Source of the DNA: Candidatus Altiarchaeales archaeon
Lineage (GTDB): Archaea; Altiarchaeota; Altiarchaeia; IMC4; SCGC-AAA252-I15
Direction of reading: 5' to 3'
NCBI GenBank assembly: GCA_014727915.1
Contig: WJMO01000005.1
Span: 128,001 to 192,000 of the forward strand
Length of the DNA stretch: 64,000 nt
Under the pieces are notes generated by a model, which was not told the origin of the DNA, did no database searches, and saw only the letters and a list, made by a program, of their open reading frames with translations. Position numbers and translations under genes: made by a program. Shown one piece after another: positions 19,669 to 29,998 of the stretch (positions within the stretch are counted from its first letter, which is position 1; the number at the start of each line of letters is the position of its first letter).

Positions 19669-20625
19669 TTAGAAAAAATCTCGGAGGTTTTTTAGCACCC
19701 ATATCCTTCTGGTCAGGCTTTTGTGCATTCTCACGTCATGGCTCCCGACAATCTCGTATCCCTCAGTGTTTGGTTCGTAGGTTGCGGGCATCACGATGGA
19801 GATGTGGGACCCCGCCTCCAAGAGCCTGTGCGCTCTTCTTATGAACCCGTCGTATAATCCTGTGACTTCATCTGTGGTGTAGGATGCTCTGCCATATGGT
19901 GGGTCTGTGACTATGGCGTCCACGACCTTTGAACCGGTGAGAGCATCCTCTGAAATGACCTCTCCTTCTATTCCGTATTCTCTAAGGTTTCGCCTGCACC
20001 CTGCGACCATCCTCCGGTCGACGTCCCACCCGGCCACCTTCAAACCCATCAAACCAGCTTCTATTAGGATGCCTCCGGTACCGCAGAAGGGGTCTAATAC
20101 CGTGTCCCCCGGCCTCACACGTGCCAGGTTCACCAGGGCCCGGGCGAGTTTGGGGTGCATGCTCGTAGGGTGGAAGTAGGGCCTGTGCTGGGGCCTTCTC
20201 TTCTCATATTCCCTATCTAAGGGGGTTTTCAGCCCTGCCAGGTGTCTTCCCCTGAATTCGACCATGACGATGTCTGCCTCCGGGTTGCTCAAGTCCACGG
20301 ATAGTCCCATCTTATGGAGTATCTCTCCGAACTTAACCTGCACGTCCGGGGGTCCTCTCACACGGAACGAGTTCACGTCGCCTATCTCATCGTAGACTTC
20401 GCCCGCCAGCTCCTCCAGGCTATCCGATTCTCCCAGGTATTCCGCCGCCTTCAGCGTGTAGGCCAGGCGCTGGAGGAACCTGGGGTCTTCGCCGACGACA
20501 TCCAGGACGACAGTCCTTCCTTCAACTTCAAACGACCACTCCAGCATCTCACCCTCCAAGACAGCCTCCAACTCCGCAGTTGGAAGTCTCTCATGCTCGC
20601 CGGAGATTCTCAGGATGTGCTTCAT
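19669..20625 (-). CDS. trm11: tRNA (guanine(10)-N2)-methyltransferase, Trm11/TrmG10 family (THUMP + MTase)
   Basis: SGEHERLP.AE, RRPQHRPYFHPTSM.PKLARALVNLA, LDPFCGTGG, TDPPYG, HKSLTR; start moved to 20625. Confidence 0.88.
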   Translation of the reverse strand: MKHILRISGEHERLPTAELEAVLEGEMLEWSFEVEGRTVVLDVVGEDPRFLQRLAYTLKAAEYLGESDSLEELAGEVYDEIGDVNSFRVRGPPDVQVKFGEILHKMGLSVDLSNPEADIVMVEFRGRHLAGLKTPLDREYEKRRPQHRPYFHPTSMHPKLARALVNLARVRPGDTVLDPFCGTGGILIEAGLMGLKVAGWDVDRRMVAGCRRNLREYGIEGEVISEDALTGSKVVDAIVTDPPYGRASYTTDEVTGLYDGFIRRAHRLLEAGSHISIVMPATYEPNTEGYEIVGSHDVRMHKSLTRRIWVLKNLRDFF

Positions 20626-20704
20626 TGGTATAGAATACTCGCACGTGCTTTTATCTGTTCTATCATCCTCCTTTTTTAGGCCTTGTTCATTCATTATTTC
20701 TACC

Positions 20705-22093
20705 GTGGCCGATGAAGACCTGGATGTTATGATAGGGATGGAGATCCATGTTCCGTTGAAAACCCAGCGGAAGCTCTTCTGCGACTGCCCCATCAACTAC
20801 TGGGATGTGGAGGAGCCTAACCTGAACACCTGTCCGGTGTGCACGGGAATGCCGGGTTCGAAGCCCTACCCCCTGAACGAGGGTGCTGTCGAGGCCGCTG
20901 TCATGATCGCGGAGCTACTAGAATGCGAGATAGCCAGGGATAACGTCTTCGTGAAACGCAAACACTATGACTACCCAGACCTGCCCTCCGGCTATCAGAG
21001 GACTAGCGAGCCGATAGGGGTCGAGGGAAGGGTGGGGGATGTCGGGATATGGGAGGTGCACTTGGAGGAGGACCCGGGCAGGTACGATCTTAAGACTGGC
21101 AACGTGGATTACAACCGTAGTGGAGTGCCGTTGATAGAGATAGTTTCCGCGCCGGACATGAAGGGACCGGCCGAGGTGCGGGATTTCATGAGGGAGCTGG
21201 TCAACATACTCAGATACTCTGAGAGGGTAGTGGACGTGGGCGGGGTGATGAGGGCTGACGTCAACATCAGCATAAAAGGCGGGGCCAAGGTCGAGATAAA
21301 GAACATCAACTCTGTTGCAGGGGCGTTCAAGGCTCTCCAGTATGAGATAATAAGGCAGAAGAACATGATGGCCCGGGGGGCGGTCGTACGCCAGGAGACC
21401 CGAGGCTTCGACGAGAAGACCCAGGTTACCAGGCCCCAACGGGTCAAGGAGACGGCCGCAGACTACCGTTACATCCCCGACCCGGACATACCACCGCAAC
21501 ATTTCACGGAAGAATACACCGCTTCCATCGAACTCCCGGAGACCCCCCAGCTGAGGCGCAAACGCCTAATAGAAGAATATGGGGTCAGGGAGGACTACGC
21601 TCAGACGATGGTCCGCGACAAGGACATAGCAGACCTGTTCGAGGAGGTGAAAGGCGGTGTGGGTGTGGAGCTCGCATCCATGTGGATATGCCGGGAGGTG
21701 CTAAGGCAGCTGAACTACCGGAGCATCGACCTCAGGGAGTCGAAGCTATCGGCAGCGATAATGGTAGAGCTGCTGAAGCTGCTGGAGTCCGATGAGATAA
21801 CCGAGAACGTGGGCAAGAAGCTGCTGGAGCGGGTTATCGACTCCGGAGAGAGTCCCTCCAAGATCGTGGAAGAAGAGCGTTTGGGCAGGGTTTCGGGCGA
21901 GGGGGAGCTGTCCTCCGTGGTTGACGAGGTCATAGGCGAGAATGTTAAGGCAGTTGCCGACTACAAGTCAGGGGAGAAAACTGCGCTGAACTTCCTGATG
22001 GGCGCGGTCATGAAGAAGATGAGGGGCCGGGCCGACTCCAAGGTGGTATTGGAGCTGCTCGGCCGCCGCCTCGACGATGACAGCGGCCGATGA
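20705..22093 (+). CDS. gatB: Asp/Glu-tRNA amidotransferase subunit B
   Basis: IGMEIHVPL, KLFC, CPVCTGMPGS, RKHYDYPDLP, HLEEDPG, DYNRSGVPLIEIV, DYRYIPDPD; GTG start 20705. Confidence 0.96.
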   Translation: MADEDLDVMIGMEIHVPLKTQRKLFCDCPINYWDVEEPNLNTCPVCTGMPGSKPYPLNEGAVEAAVMIAELLECEIARDNVFVKRKHYDYPDLPSGYQRTSEPIGVEGRVGDVGIWEVHLEEDPGRYDLKTGNVDYNRSGVPLIEIVSAPDMKGPAEVRDFMRELVNILRYSERVVDVGGVMRADVNISIKGGAKVEIKNINSVAGAFKALQYEIIRQKNMMARGAVVRQETRGFDEKTQVTRPQRVKETAADYRYIPDPDIPPQHFTEEYTASIELPETPQLRRKRLIEEYGVREDYAQTMVRDKDIADLFEEVKGGVGVELASMWICREVLRQLNYRSIDLRESKLSAAIMVELLKLLESDEITENVGKKLLERVIDSGESPSKIVEEERLGRVSGEGELSSVVDEVIGENVKAVADYKSGEKTALNFLMGAVMKKMRGRADSKVVLELLGRRLDDDSGR

Positions 22094-22132
22094 GGCCTGC
22101 AGCTCAGGCTAAAATAGTTTCAGGTACATGAC

Positions 22133-23224
22133 ATGAAAGACGAGGACGACCCGTTCCTGGCGGTGGTTGACTTCCTGAGCGGAAAGGACAAACGCGCAGT
22201 CGACTTCGGGTTGAAGCTGGAATCCCTATATGTCTCGGTCATGTCAAACCTCTACATGATCGCATACCTGCTGCTCTCATCGCTGGCCCTCCTAATGCTG
22301 TCCTCCTCCTTCATGATAGCCTCGGAAAACGATTCTCTGCGGAGCATGGGAGCCCTATTGCACGTTTTCGCAGGCCTGTCATTCCTCTGCCACCAGCTCC
22401 CATATAGGAGCTTCATATTCGACGGTGTGCCCATGGCAGTCTGCGCACGGGACACTGGCATATACCTGGGGGCGATACTGGGCTTCGCAACGGTCCTCAG
22501 AGATGAGAACCCCCCGCTATTCAGGAAGATGATATTCCCCCTTGCGTGCGCGTTGCCCATAGGATTGGACGGGGTGACACAGACCGTGCTGCTGCTGAGG
22601 GAGAGCAACAACGTCCTACGGCTTATAACAGGGCTGATATTCTCATTCGGCCTGCTGGCATACCTCGGTAACAGGCTGCTTCTCTCATGGTATCCTGACT
22701 TCAAATCCCGCGTACTGGACTTTAGGGCGATAGTTCCGGACTTGGCGGTCGTTGCATTCGTCATATGGTTGATGTTCTCAACTGCAGCGGATAACCTGGA
22801 CTTCGACTACCTCAGCAGGTCCGAAGCCATCCAACTCGCCAAGTATGAGGTTGGAATTGCCGAACCCGAGGCGGCCAAGGCATACTACATACCCTCGAAG
22901 TCGCCCATCAGCATCGTGGCAGACCCTCACGAGGGAGCCTCAAACGACCTAATAGTGTCCGATGTTCGCTCAAGCGAATGGGCGAAGGACTTGGTAGACA
23001 TATTCACTGGCGATAAATCCGTGAACTACACCTACGGTGACAGGCCCACCACCGAATTCATATCCGAGATCGCCGAGAGAGAGCACAAGTTCGGAGTATG
23101 GGCGGTCGCACTGCTGGAAGAGGAGCCAAGACGGGAAAGGGCGCCCTACATATCAGAGGGGCGTGGGAAATACGCGTACATAGACGCCCTGAACCATGAG
23201 ATAATCGAAGTAAAAACCCATTGA
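22133..23224 (+). CDS. DUF2085-type membrane protein with C-terminal soluble extension
   Basis: CHQLPYRSF, VCARDTGIYLG, DGVTQ, ESNNVLRLITG; several TM helices. Confidence 0.8.
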   Translation: MKDEDDPFLAVVDFLSGKDKRAVDFGLKLESLYVSVMSNLYMIAYLLLSSLALLMLSSSFMIASENDSLRSMGALLHVFAGLSFLCHQLPYRSFIFDGVPMAVCARDTGIYLGAILGFATVLRDENPPLFRKMIFPLACALPIGLDGVTQTVLLLRESNNVLRLITGLIFSFGLLAYLGNRLLLSWYPDFKSRVLDFRAIVPDLAVVAFVIWLMFSTAADNLDFDYLSRSEAIQLAKYEVGIAEPEAAKAYYIPSKSPISIVADPHEGASNDLIVSDVRSSEWAKDLVDIFTGDKSVNYTYGDRPTTEFISEIAEREHKFGVWAVALLEEEPRRERAPYISEGRGKYAYIDALNHEIIEVKTH

Positions 23225-23258
23225 AAGGATTTAAAAGGGGTTTCCATTATAATACAAC

Positions 23259-24098
23259 ATGCAATCCAAGACACTCGTAGTCTCCATGGTCTTGTCGGTA
23301 CTGCTACTGTCAGGCTGCACCAAGGAGCCCGCATGCGATGACGGCGTCATGAACGGGCTGGAATCCGGCGTTGACTGCGGCGGGCCCTGCGCGCCCTGCA
23401 CAACTGGCGGAGGGCAGACGGCAACCGGCATTGGATGCGACATGCTCAAAGGCGATGAGAAGGACATGTGCCTCCGGGGAAAAGCCGTTGAATCAACTGA
23501 CGCCAGCGCATGCTCCGAGATAGTCGGCGCATACTGGCGGGACCTGTGCTACCGGAACATAGCATCAGAACTCAATGACACTTCCATATGCTCTGACATA
23601 GGGGAGCCCAGCATGGGCGTCGAATGCCTGAAGGAGATAGCCATAAAGCTCGAGGATGCGGGAGTCTGCGATGAGATAGGCGACGTGAACCAGAGGGACA
23701 CGTGCCTCTACAGGATCGGATTCGACCTTCGCTCCAACGAGACGTGCAGCAAGATAACCGTTGACACGTCGAAATACAGGTGTCTCGCCCTAATCAACAA
23801 GGATGAATCATACTGTGACAGCATAGCCGCGGACAAGGGCCGTGACTGGTGCTACAACCGCGTGGCTACCGTGAAGCCGGAACCCCACATCTGCGATGCC
23901 ATCACCGTTGAAGGCACCGCCGACGAATGCTACCTCCTGGTCGCGGAGAAGAAGATAAACGAGACCATATGCGGCAAACTCGACAACAGGTCACGGCTGG
24001 GAGAGTGCAGGTCGAACGTGGAAGAAGCCAGGCGGAAGATGACCGAGTTCGCAGGCAAGCTCGGCGGCGAAGTCGGGGGGATGGTGGAACCAGCATAG
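23259..24098 (+). CDS. Cys-rich repeat lipoprotein
   Basis: LLSGC lipobox, CDDG..NG.E.GVDCGGPC motif, about eight ~26-aa C..I......RD.C repeats. Confidence 0.85.
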   Translation: MQSKTLVVSMVLSVLLLSGCTKEPACDDGVMNGLESGVDCGGPCAPCTTGGGQTATGIGCDMLKGDEKDMCLRGKAVESTDASACSEIVGAYWRDLCYRNIASELNDTSICSDIGEPSMGVECLKEIAIKLEDAGVCDEIGDVNQRDTCLYRIGFDLRSNETCSKITVDTSKYRCLALINKDESYCDSIAADKGRDWCYNRVATVKPEPHICDAITVEGTADECYLLVAEKKINETICGKLDNRSRLGECRSNVEEARRKMTEFAGKLGGEVGGMVEPA

Positions 24099-24111
24099 GT
24101 ATAAGATGTTT

Positions 24112-25113
24112 TTAGGCGCTGTTCTCTTCCTGCGCTGGTAGATACACACCCGACTCTCTCACGTGCTCTCTCACAGGCTCGAGCACCTCATCAAGAGCTG
24201 ATGCGACCATGGACTTCAAGTCCGCAGGATGCAGCTTATTTCCCCTGTAATCCGCTTCGACCTCGCTGTAGCTGCCGTACTCCACGTCCCCGCCGTATTT
24301 CTCAGGCCTCCTAACCTTCAGCGAACCCTTGCGGGGGAACAGGAGGAGCCTGCATATGTCGAGCACGGGGTTGCCTTCCGTCTCCGGCGGGCAGTACGCG
24401 GATTGTATCTTCTTCTTGATGCTCTTCCCCTCCTCGTCCACGGCGATTATCGTCTCCGGCTTGCTGGACGACATCTTAGAATCCGGGCCCTGAAGGGAGC
24501 ACAGTAGCGGAGTGTGGAGGCACACAGGCTTTTTACAATCTATCATTGGGAGGGTCTCCCTCGCCAGCATGTGTATCTTCCTCTGTTCTATCCCTCCATA
24601 GGCTACGTCAACTTTCAAGGCCTTTATGTCTACCGCCTGCATCAGTGGGTATATGACCTGGCTGACCCTAGCGTTATCTATGTCCCTCGCGACCTCCTGC
24701 ATGCTCCTCAACGCCCTGTTCATGGTGGCCTTCAAAGCAAGCTCCAGGACATCCGTCATATAGTCCTTCTCGAACTGGAACTCCGAGCCCCGGACGTACT
24801 CTGCCTTCTTGAGACCCAAGCCCTTGAAGCACTCGGTCCAGTAGAGGAGCATATCGTTTATCCAGTCCTCGCCGCCCTTCCGGTTCAACAGCGTGTGAAC
24901 GTCAGCGAACAACACCCTCACCTTGAAACCAGCCTCCTGCAGGTCCAACAGCTTCGTCGCAGTCACCATATGGCCTATGTGCACGGGACCTGACGTCTCA
25001 TAGCCGCAGTACACGGAGGGATTCGACTTCTTGAGAACATCGTCCAGCTCCTCTTCTGTAACGACCTCTACCGTGTTCCTTAGAACCAGCTCCTTGTCAA
25101 CTCCGGCGGTCAT
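24112..25113 (-). CDS. tyrS: Tyrosine--tRNA ligase (archaeal type)
   Basis: YCGYETSG.VHIGH, YPLMQAVD, GGIEQRKIH, KMSSS. Confidence 0.96.
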   Translation of the reverse strand: MTAGVDKELVLRNTVEVVTEEELDDVLKKSNPSVYCGYETSGPVHIGHMVTATKLLDLQEAGFKVRVLFADVHTLLNRKGGEDWINDMLLYWTECFKGLGLKKAEYVRGSEFQFEKDYMTDVLELALKATMNRALRSMQEVARDIDNARVSQVIYPLMQAVDIKALKVDVAYGGIEQRKIHMLARETLPMIDCKKPVCLHTPLLCSLQGPDSKMSSSKPETIIAVDEEGKSIKKKIQSAYCPPETEGNPVLDICRLLLFPRKGSLKVRRPEKYGGDVEYGSYSEVEADYRGNKLHPADLKSMVASALDEVLEPVREHVRESGVYLPAQEENSA

Positions 25114-25355
25114 CCTTTAAGGGCCTCAAGTTCGCTTATGATATCCCATATGATGGTCTTAGCGTGCATTGAGATGTTAACGTCGTTGGTAATCTCGTCC
25201 AACGTGTAAATGGAAGAGGTTATCACCACGTCCAGGTTCTGATCCCCCTTCCCCAGGTCGGTTTTTATCTGCGTCAAAGCCGTCTTCACCCTCCGGGGCA
25301 TGGAATGGTCCGACAATACCTCGTCAATCTTTGTCAAAACGTCGTTAACGTCCAT
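25110..25355 (-). CDS. UPF0147 family protein
   Basis: D.SMPRRVK...IYTLDEITNDVNISMHAKTIIWDIISELE pattern. Confidence 0.85.
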   Translation of the reverse strand: MDVNDVLTKIDEVLSDHSMPRRVKTALTQIKTDLGKGDQNLDVVITSSIYTLDEITNDVNISMHAKTIIWDIISELEALKG

Positions 25356-25403
25356 CTAAACTACCTTTTACTCAGGGAATTACTGATACTTATAGGCGTT
25401 CTC

Positions 25404-25733
25404 TTAAAAAAACGTTCTCTTATACGGTACCTTAACCTCTAAAACGCCGTTTTTGCATGTGATCTCAGCATCATCCTGGCTGATCTTCCCCGTCTCATAG
25501 GTCCTTGAATACGTTATTATGCCGTTTTCAACGATCGAGATCCGTATCCCATGGTCTGAGACCCTCACCCTGAGGTCCTCCGGCCTCACACCAGGGGCCT
25601 CCGCAGCCAACACAACCCCCTCATCGTGTTCGCTCACCTCCACATATGGTTCGGGCGACTGCATCATCTGGCCTCCGACCATGTTGAACAGCTGCCTGCT
25701 CAGCCTCCACAGGAAGTCCTCGATCTCGTCCAC
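25404..25733 (-). CDS. Small heat-shock protein (Hsp20/alpha-crystallin)
   Basis: AEAPGVRPEDLRV and CKNGVLEVKVP motifs. Confidence 0.85.
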   Translation of the reverse strand: MDEIEDFLWRLSRQLFNMVGGQMMQSPEPYVEVSEHDEGVVLAAEAPGVRPEDLRVRVSDHGIRISIVENGIITYSRTYETGKISQDDAEITCKNGVLEVKVPYKRTFF

Positions 25734-25768
25734 GGCTAATTAATAAACCCGCCGCCTTATTAAATAGG

Positions 25769-26356
25769 ATGGAATTGTATAGGAAAGGCGCGGAGGCGAA
25801 CCTCTACCTTGGCGATGGACGGCTCGTCAAGGAGCGGGTGGAGAAAAAATACCGGCTTCCCATGTTGGACCGGAGGCTCAGGCGCCAGCGTACCCGACGG
25901 GAGGCCAAGAACATGGAACGAGCATTGAAGGCGGGAGTACGCACGCCCAAGGTCCTTAGGGTGGACGAGAAAAAATATGCTCTGGAGATGGAGTTCTTAG
26001 GCGGAGAACTGGTGAAGGATGTGTTCGAACGCGGGGAGAAAATAGATGAAATCTCATTCGAAGTCGGTAGCATGCTAAGACGACTCCACGACTCGAAATT
26101 CGTCCACAACGACCTCACAACATCCAACCTCATATTGGGCGAGGACGGTGTTTACATGATAGACTTCGGCCTCGCATACCATACCACACGGTTGGAGGAC
26201 AAGGCCATGGACCTTGTGGTCTTCAAGAAGTCCATAATGGCAACCCACACCAGCCTCATGGACGAGATATGGGAAAACCTGCTGAAAGGCTACAAGCCAG
26301 ACAATGAAACCCTGAAGAGAGTCGAGACAATCGAGAACCGGGTACGGTACAAGTGA
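25769..26356 (+). CDS. bud32: KEOPS complex kinase Bud32
   Basis: KGAEA, VKERVEKKYR, RTRREA, HNDLTTSN, IDFGL, EDKAMDL, RVRY C-terminus. Confidence 0.95.
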   Translation: MELYRKGAEANLYLGDGRLVKERVEKKYRLPMLDRRLRRQRTRREAKNMERALKAGVRTPKVLRVDEKKYALEMEFLGGELVKDVFERGEKIDEISFEVGSMLRRLHDSKFVHNDLTTSNLILGEDGVYMIDFGLAYHTTRLEDKAMDLVVFKKSIMATHTSLMDEIWENLLKGYKPDNETLKRVETIENRVRYK

Positions 26357-26367
26357 TGCTACACCCG

Positions 26368-26979
26368 TTATTTTCCGGCGACCAGTATTCGCAGCACTTC
26401 CCTTCTGCTAATATGCTCGTCATCTGTGGCCCTGCCGATTCTGGGATCTCCGAATCTTGGGTCGCTCAAGGCGATGGATAATGCCATGCCCGTCCTAAGG
26501 TCTGATCTCACGCTGCCGGTCCCCTCCACGGTGACATCTATGTGTTTGCCCTTCGTGAAGTGCCTCTCATCCGATGCGGGTATCTCGGGTGCTCTGCTCT
26601 CTATGACCTCGGGTTCGTGGCGTTCATCATCTGCTATAAGGCTTCTCGCCTGCTCGACCATCTCAAGCAGGCTGGGTCTTGGCTCGATTCTCATATTCCC
26701 GTCTCTGCATCCTATGCTGATCTTGAAGTTCCCGCCGAGGGCTTTGTGAAGCTCCCTCAATGCCGTCAGGCGAGGGGTGTCCATGTTATAGCCCATAACT
26801 GTGCTGTGGACTATCCTATTTCCCTCAGCTCTGGCCTTAACGTCAGTGTTGTGTTCGAAAACGTCCCGGTATCTTTCGGCTGCCCTGTGCATCCACTGCC
26901 TATCCGATTCGGTGATATATACGGCTGGAACATGTTCGTCTGCCTGCCTGCCAACCTCCATGCTCTTCTCAGTTGCCAT
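26368..26979 (-). CDS. Orphan protein
   Basis: 203-aa ORF between bud32 and cimA with own AT-rich upstream region. Confidence 0.65.
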   Translation of the reverse strand: MATEKSMEVGRQADEHVPAVYITESDRQWMHRAAERYRDVFEHNTDVKARAEGNRIVHSTVMGYNMDTPRLTALRELHKALGGNFKISIGCRDGNMRIEPRPSLLEMVEQARSLIADDERHEPEVIESRAPEIPASDERHFTKGKHIDVTVEGTGSVRSDLRTGMALSIALSDPRFGDPRIGRATDDEHISRREVLRILVAGK

Positions 26980-27053
26980 ATCATAAATATTAGCAGGACT
27001 CCGCTAAAAACGCGTGTTTTTTATACTTTAAACACCCTATATGCTATGGAAAA

Positions 27054-27113
27054 ATGGCGTTCAAAGGTTTTTCAACCTTGGCTACTATATTAATCTGCAT
27101 TATTGGAGCATAG
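27054..27113 (+). other. Candidate Ile-rich leader peptide MAFKGFSTLATILICIIGA upstream of cimA
   Basis: ATG about 25 nt after tttaaa; 4 Ile codons in 6; tggagc-atag-gctcca hairpin over the stop. Confidence 0.35.
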
Positions 27114-27226
27114 GCTCCATACTCTACTCTTCTAATCAATTGGGTTCGCGTTTGAAGCATCCTTTTCAAAACTGTTTCAAACATTTTTTAAATAATTCAA
27201 AAAAAAATTAAACATAATATCAAAAA

Positions 27227-28711
27227 ATGGCGCGTATATGGTTTTTGGACACGACGTTGAGGGACGGGGAGCAGACTCCCGGGGTGACCCTGACGAAGGA
27301 GGACAAGATAAGGATAGCGAAGGCCCTGGACAACCTGGGTGTGGACATAATAGAGGCCGGAAGCGCATGCACCAGCGAAGGCGAGCGAGAAGCCATCAAA
27401 GCAGTGGCAAATGAGGGTTTGAAGGCGGAGGTGGCCAGCTACGCCCGCCTCACGAAAGGCGACGTGGACCTGGCGCTCGCATGTGACGTGGACACGGTAT
27501 TCCTGGTGGCGCCCACATCCGACCTCCACATCAAATGGAAGCTCAACAGCACAAGGGAGAAGGTGCTGGCCGGGGTCTCGGAGCTGACACAATACTGCAA
27601 GGACCACGGAGCCAATGTCGACCTCTGCTGCGAGGACGGCAGCAGGACCGACGTGGACTTCCTGAAGCAGGTGATGTCCACGGCCGTTGACGCGGGAGCT
27701 GACAGGTTCACCGTCGCCGACACCGTTGGCGTGCTGACGCCGGATGAGACAGCCAACATGTTCAAGCAGCTTACCAGGAATGCGAAGGTTCCGGTGGGCA
27801 TCCACTGCCACGACGACTTCGGCATGGCCACCGCCAACACCGTATCAGCGGTGAAGGCAGGGGTCCGAGTGGTGAATGTTACCGTCAACGGATTGGGCGA
27901 GAGGGCAGGCAACACGCCCCTGGAGGAGGTTGCTGTGGCGTTGAGGCTGCACACGGGACACAAGTTCAACCTCCGCATCGAGGGATTGACGAAGATAAGC
28001 AACCTGGTGGAGAAGATATCCGGGATACCCGTGCCGCCGAACAAGGCGATAGTCGGCGACAACGCGTTCACCCACGAGGCAGGCATCCACGTGGACGGCA
28101 TACTGAAGAAGCCCTCCACCTACGAGCCGATAAAGCCGGAGATAGTGGGCGCGAGGAGGAAGTTCGTATTGGGCAAGCACGTGGGCTTAAAGAGCGTCAA
28201 GAAGATGCTGGACGAGTCAGGATTCGAGATGACAGACGATCAGGTGAAGGAGGTGTTCAACCAGGTCAAGTACATAGGCGACAAGGGCAAGAGCGTTACC
28301 TCCGTGGACTTGGACACGATAGCTCATAGCGTGCTCGGATTGAAGGAGGAGAAGCCCATAAAATTGGTCGAACTGGTCGCCCAGGCAGGCAACAGGATAA
28401 CCCCGACTGCGACGGTGAAGCTGCAGATGAACGGGGACACTGTAACGACAATGGGAAGCGGCACCGGCCCCGTTGACGCTGCCATAAACGCCATAAAGGC
28501 AGCCACCAAGGACGTGCCCTTCGAGCTGAAGGAATACCACGTCGACTCCGTATCCGGGGGAACTGATGCTGTGGTTAGGATACTGGTGAAGCTGAAGAGC
28601 AAGGGCAGATTATACACCGCGGAAGGCGCGGGGGCTGACATAGTATTGGCTTCCGTCGACGCGATGATCCAGGGTTTGAATGCGATAATAGCCAGGGATA
28701 AATTAGCTTAA
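27227..28711 (+). CDS. cimA: (R)-citramalate synthase (DRE-TIM, LeuA/CimA family)
   Basis: DTTLRDGEQTPGV, IEAGSACTSEGEREAIK (CimA-like rather than LeuA EAGFP), HCHDDFG, GERAGN, regulatory GTGPVDA. Confidence 0.8.
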   Translation: MARIWFLDTTLRDGEQTPGVTLTKEDKIRIAKALDNLGVDIIEAGSACTSEGEREAIKAVANEGLKAEVASYARLTKGDVDLALACDVDTVFLVAPTSDLHIKWKLNSTREKVLAGVSELTQYCKDHGANVDLCCEDGSRTDVDFLKQVMSTAVDAGADRFTVADTVGVLTPDETANMFKQLTRNAKVPVGIHCHDDFGMATANTVSAVKAGVRVVNVTVNGLGERAGNTPLEEVAVALRLHTGHKFNLRIEGLTKISNLVEKISGIPVPPNKAIVGDNAFTHEAGIHVDGILKKPSTYEPIKPEIVGARRKFVLGKHVGLKSVKKMLDESGFEMTDDQVKEVFNQVKYIGDKGKSVTSVDLDTIAHSVLGLKEEKPIKLVELVAQAGNRITPTATVKLQMNGDTVTTMGSGTGPVDAAINAIKAATKDVPFELKEYHVDSVSGGTDAVVRILVKLKSKGRLYTAEGAGADIVLASVDAMIQGLNAIIARDKLA

Positions 28712-28727
28712 ATTAACCTATACATAT

Positions 28728-29987
28728 GTGTCTAAGATGTCCACAATATCGGAGAAGATACTCGCTGCGAAGGCAGGTTTGAAGGAACTGAGCCCGGGGG
28801 AGATCGTGGAGGCTGAAGTTGACTATGTGATGGTAAACGATGTGACTGCCATGCCCGCGTTCCCCGTCTTCGACGAGCTCGGCCTCCCGCCCCTGAAGGA
28901 AAAGGGAGTTTTCATACCCGACCATTACGTGCCCAACAAGGATGTGCCGAGCGCGGAGCAGGCCAAGGCCATGCGCGAGTTCGTGGCGAAGCACAAGCTC
29001 CCACACTATTTTGAGGTCGGGAAGGGCGGCGTATGCCATCAGGTGATGATAGAGCGGGGGTTCGTCGCTCCGGGCAGGCTCATAGTGGGCGCGGACAGCC
29101 ACACCTGCAGCTACGGCGCCCTTGGCGCGTTTGCCACCGGGATCGGGAGCACGGAGGCTGCATGCGCGATGGTCTCTGGGAAGCTGTGGTTCAAGGTTCC
29201 CGAGTCCCAGAAGTTCACGGTTGAAGGCGAGCTCGGAGAGCATGTGATGGGCAAGGACATAATCCTGCACGTGATAGGTGATGTTGGCGTTGACGGGTCA
29301 CTGTATAAGACGATGGAATGGTATGGGAGCGCCATCGAGTCCCTGCCATTGGCTGACAGGATAAGCATATCCAACATGGCCATCGAGGCAGGTGGCAAGG
29401 CGGGTATCATACCTGCTGACAAGAAGGTGGATGAATACCTGAAGGGCCGTGTGAGGGGGAAGTACAAGGCGGTCTACTCTGACGAGGGCGCGGTGTACAG
29501 CGAGGAGTTCACATACGATGCCTCTGAGATACCCTGCACGGTCTCGGAGCCGTTCCTCCCGGAGAACGCGAAGGCGGCGGCGGACGTTAACGTGGAGATA
29601 GACCAGGCCTACATCGGATCGTGCACCAACGGGAGGATAGAGGACTTCCGCGTCGCGGCAGGGATACTCAAGGGCAGGAATGTGAAGGGGGGAGTGCGCC
29701 TACTGATAGTCCCGGCATCCCACGAGATTATGGACCAGATGATAGAAGAGGGATTGTATGATGTGTTCCGGAAGGCTGGGGCGTACATCTCAGGACCCAC
29801 ATGCGGCGCATGCCTGGGCGGGTACATGGGCGTACTAGCCAACGAGGAAGTCTGCGTTAGCACCACCAACCGAAACTTCATCGGTCGTATGGGCCACAAG
29901 GGCAGCAAAGTCTACCTGGCGAACCCTGCTGTCGTGGCCGCGTCGGCCATCACCGGAAAGATAACCGACCCAAACAATCTAAAATGA
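28728..29987 (+). CDS. leuC: 3-isopropylmalate/citramalate dehydratase large subunit
   Basis: PDHY, GVCHQ, GADSHTCSYGA, IGSCTNGR, PTCGACLGG, STTNRNF.GRMG. Confidence 0.93.
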   Translation: MSKMSTISEKILAAKAGLKELSPGEIVEAEVDYVMVNDVTAMPAFPVFDELGLPPLKEKGVFIPDHYVPNKDVPSAEQAKAMREFVAKHKLPHYFEVGKGGVCHQVMIERGFVAPGRLIVGADSHTCSYGALGAFATGIGSTEAACAMVSGKLWFKVPESQKFTVEGELGEHVMGKDIILHVIGDVGVDGSLYKTMEWYGSAIESLPLADRISISNMAIEAGGKAGIIPADKKVDEYLKGRVRGKYKAVYSDEGAVYSEEFTYDASEIPCTVSEPFLPENAKAAADVNVEIDQAYIGSCTNGRIEDFRVAAGILKGRNVKGGVRLLIVPASHEIMDQMIEEGLYDVFRKAGAYISGPTCGACLGGYMGVLANEEVCVSTTNRNFIGRMGHKGSKVYLANPAVVAASAITGKITDPNNLK

Positions 29988-29998
29988 GGTGGTAAAAG

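Noticed and set aside
20615-20796. Head-to-head overlap between gatB and the Trm11 gene in the ORF track
   Set aside because: Conserved domains start at 20705 (+) and 20625 (-); the extensions are ORF-caller artefacts.
27041-27211. Alternative ~56-aa ORF in the cimA upstream region
   Set aside because: ATG is too close to the TATA-like element, composition is AT-rich noise, and no motif is present.
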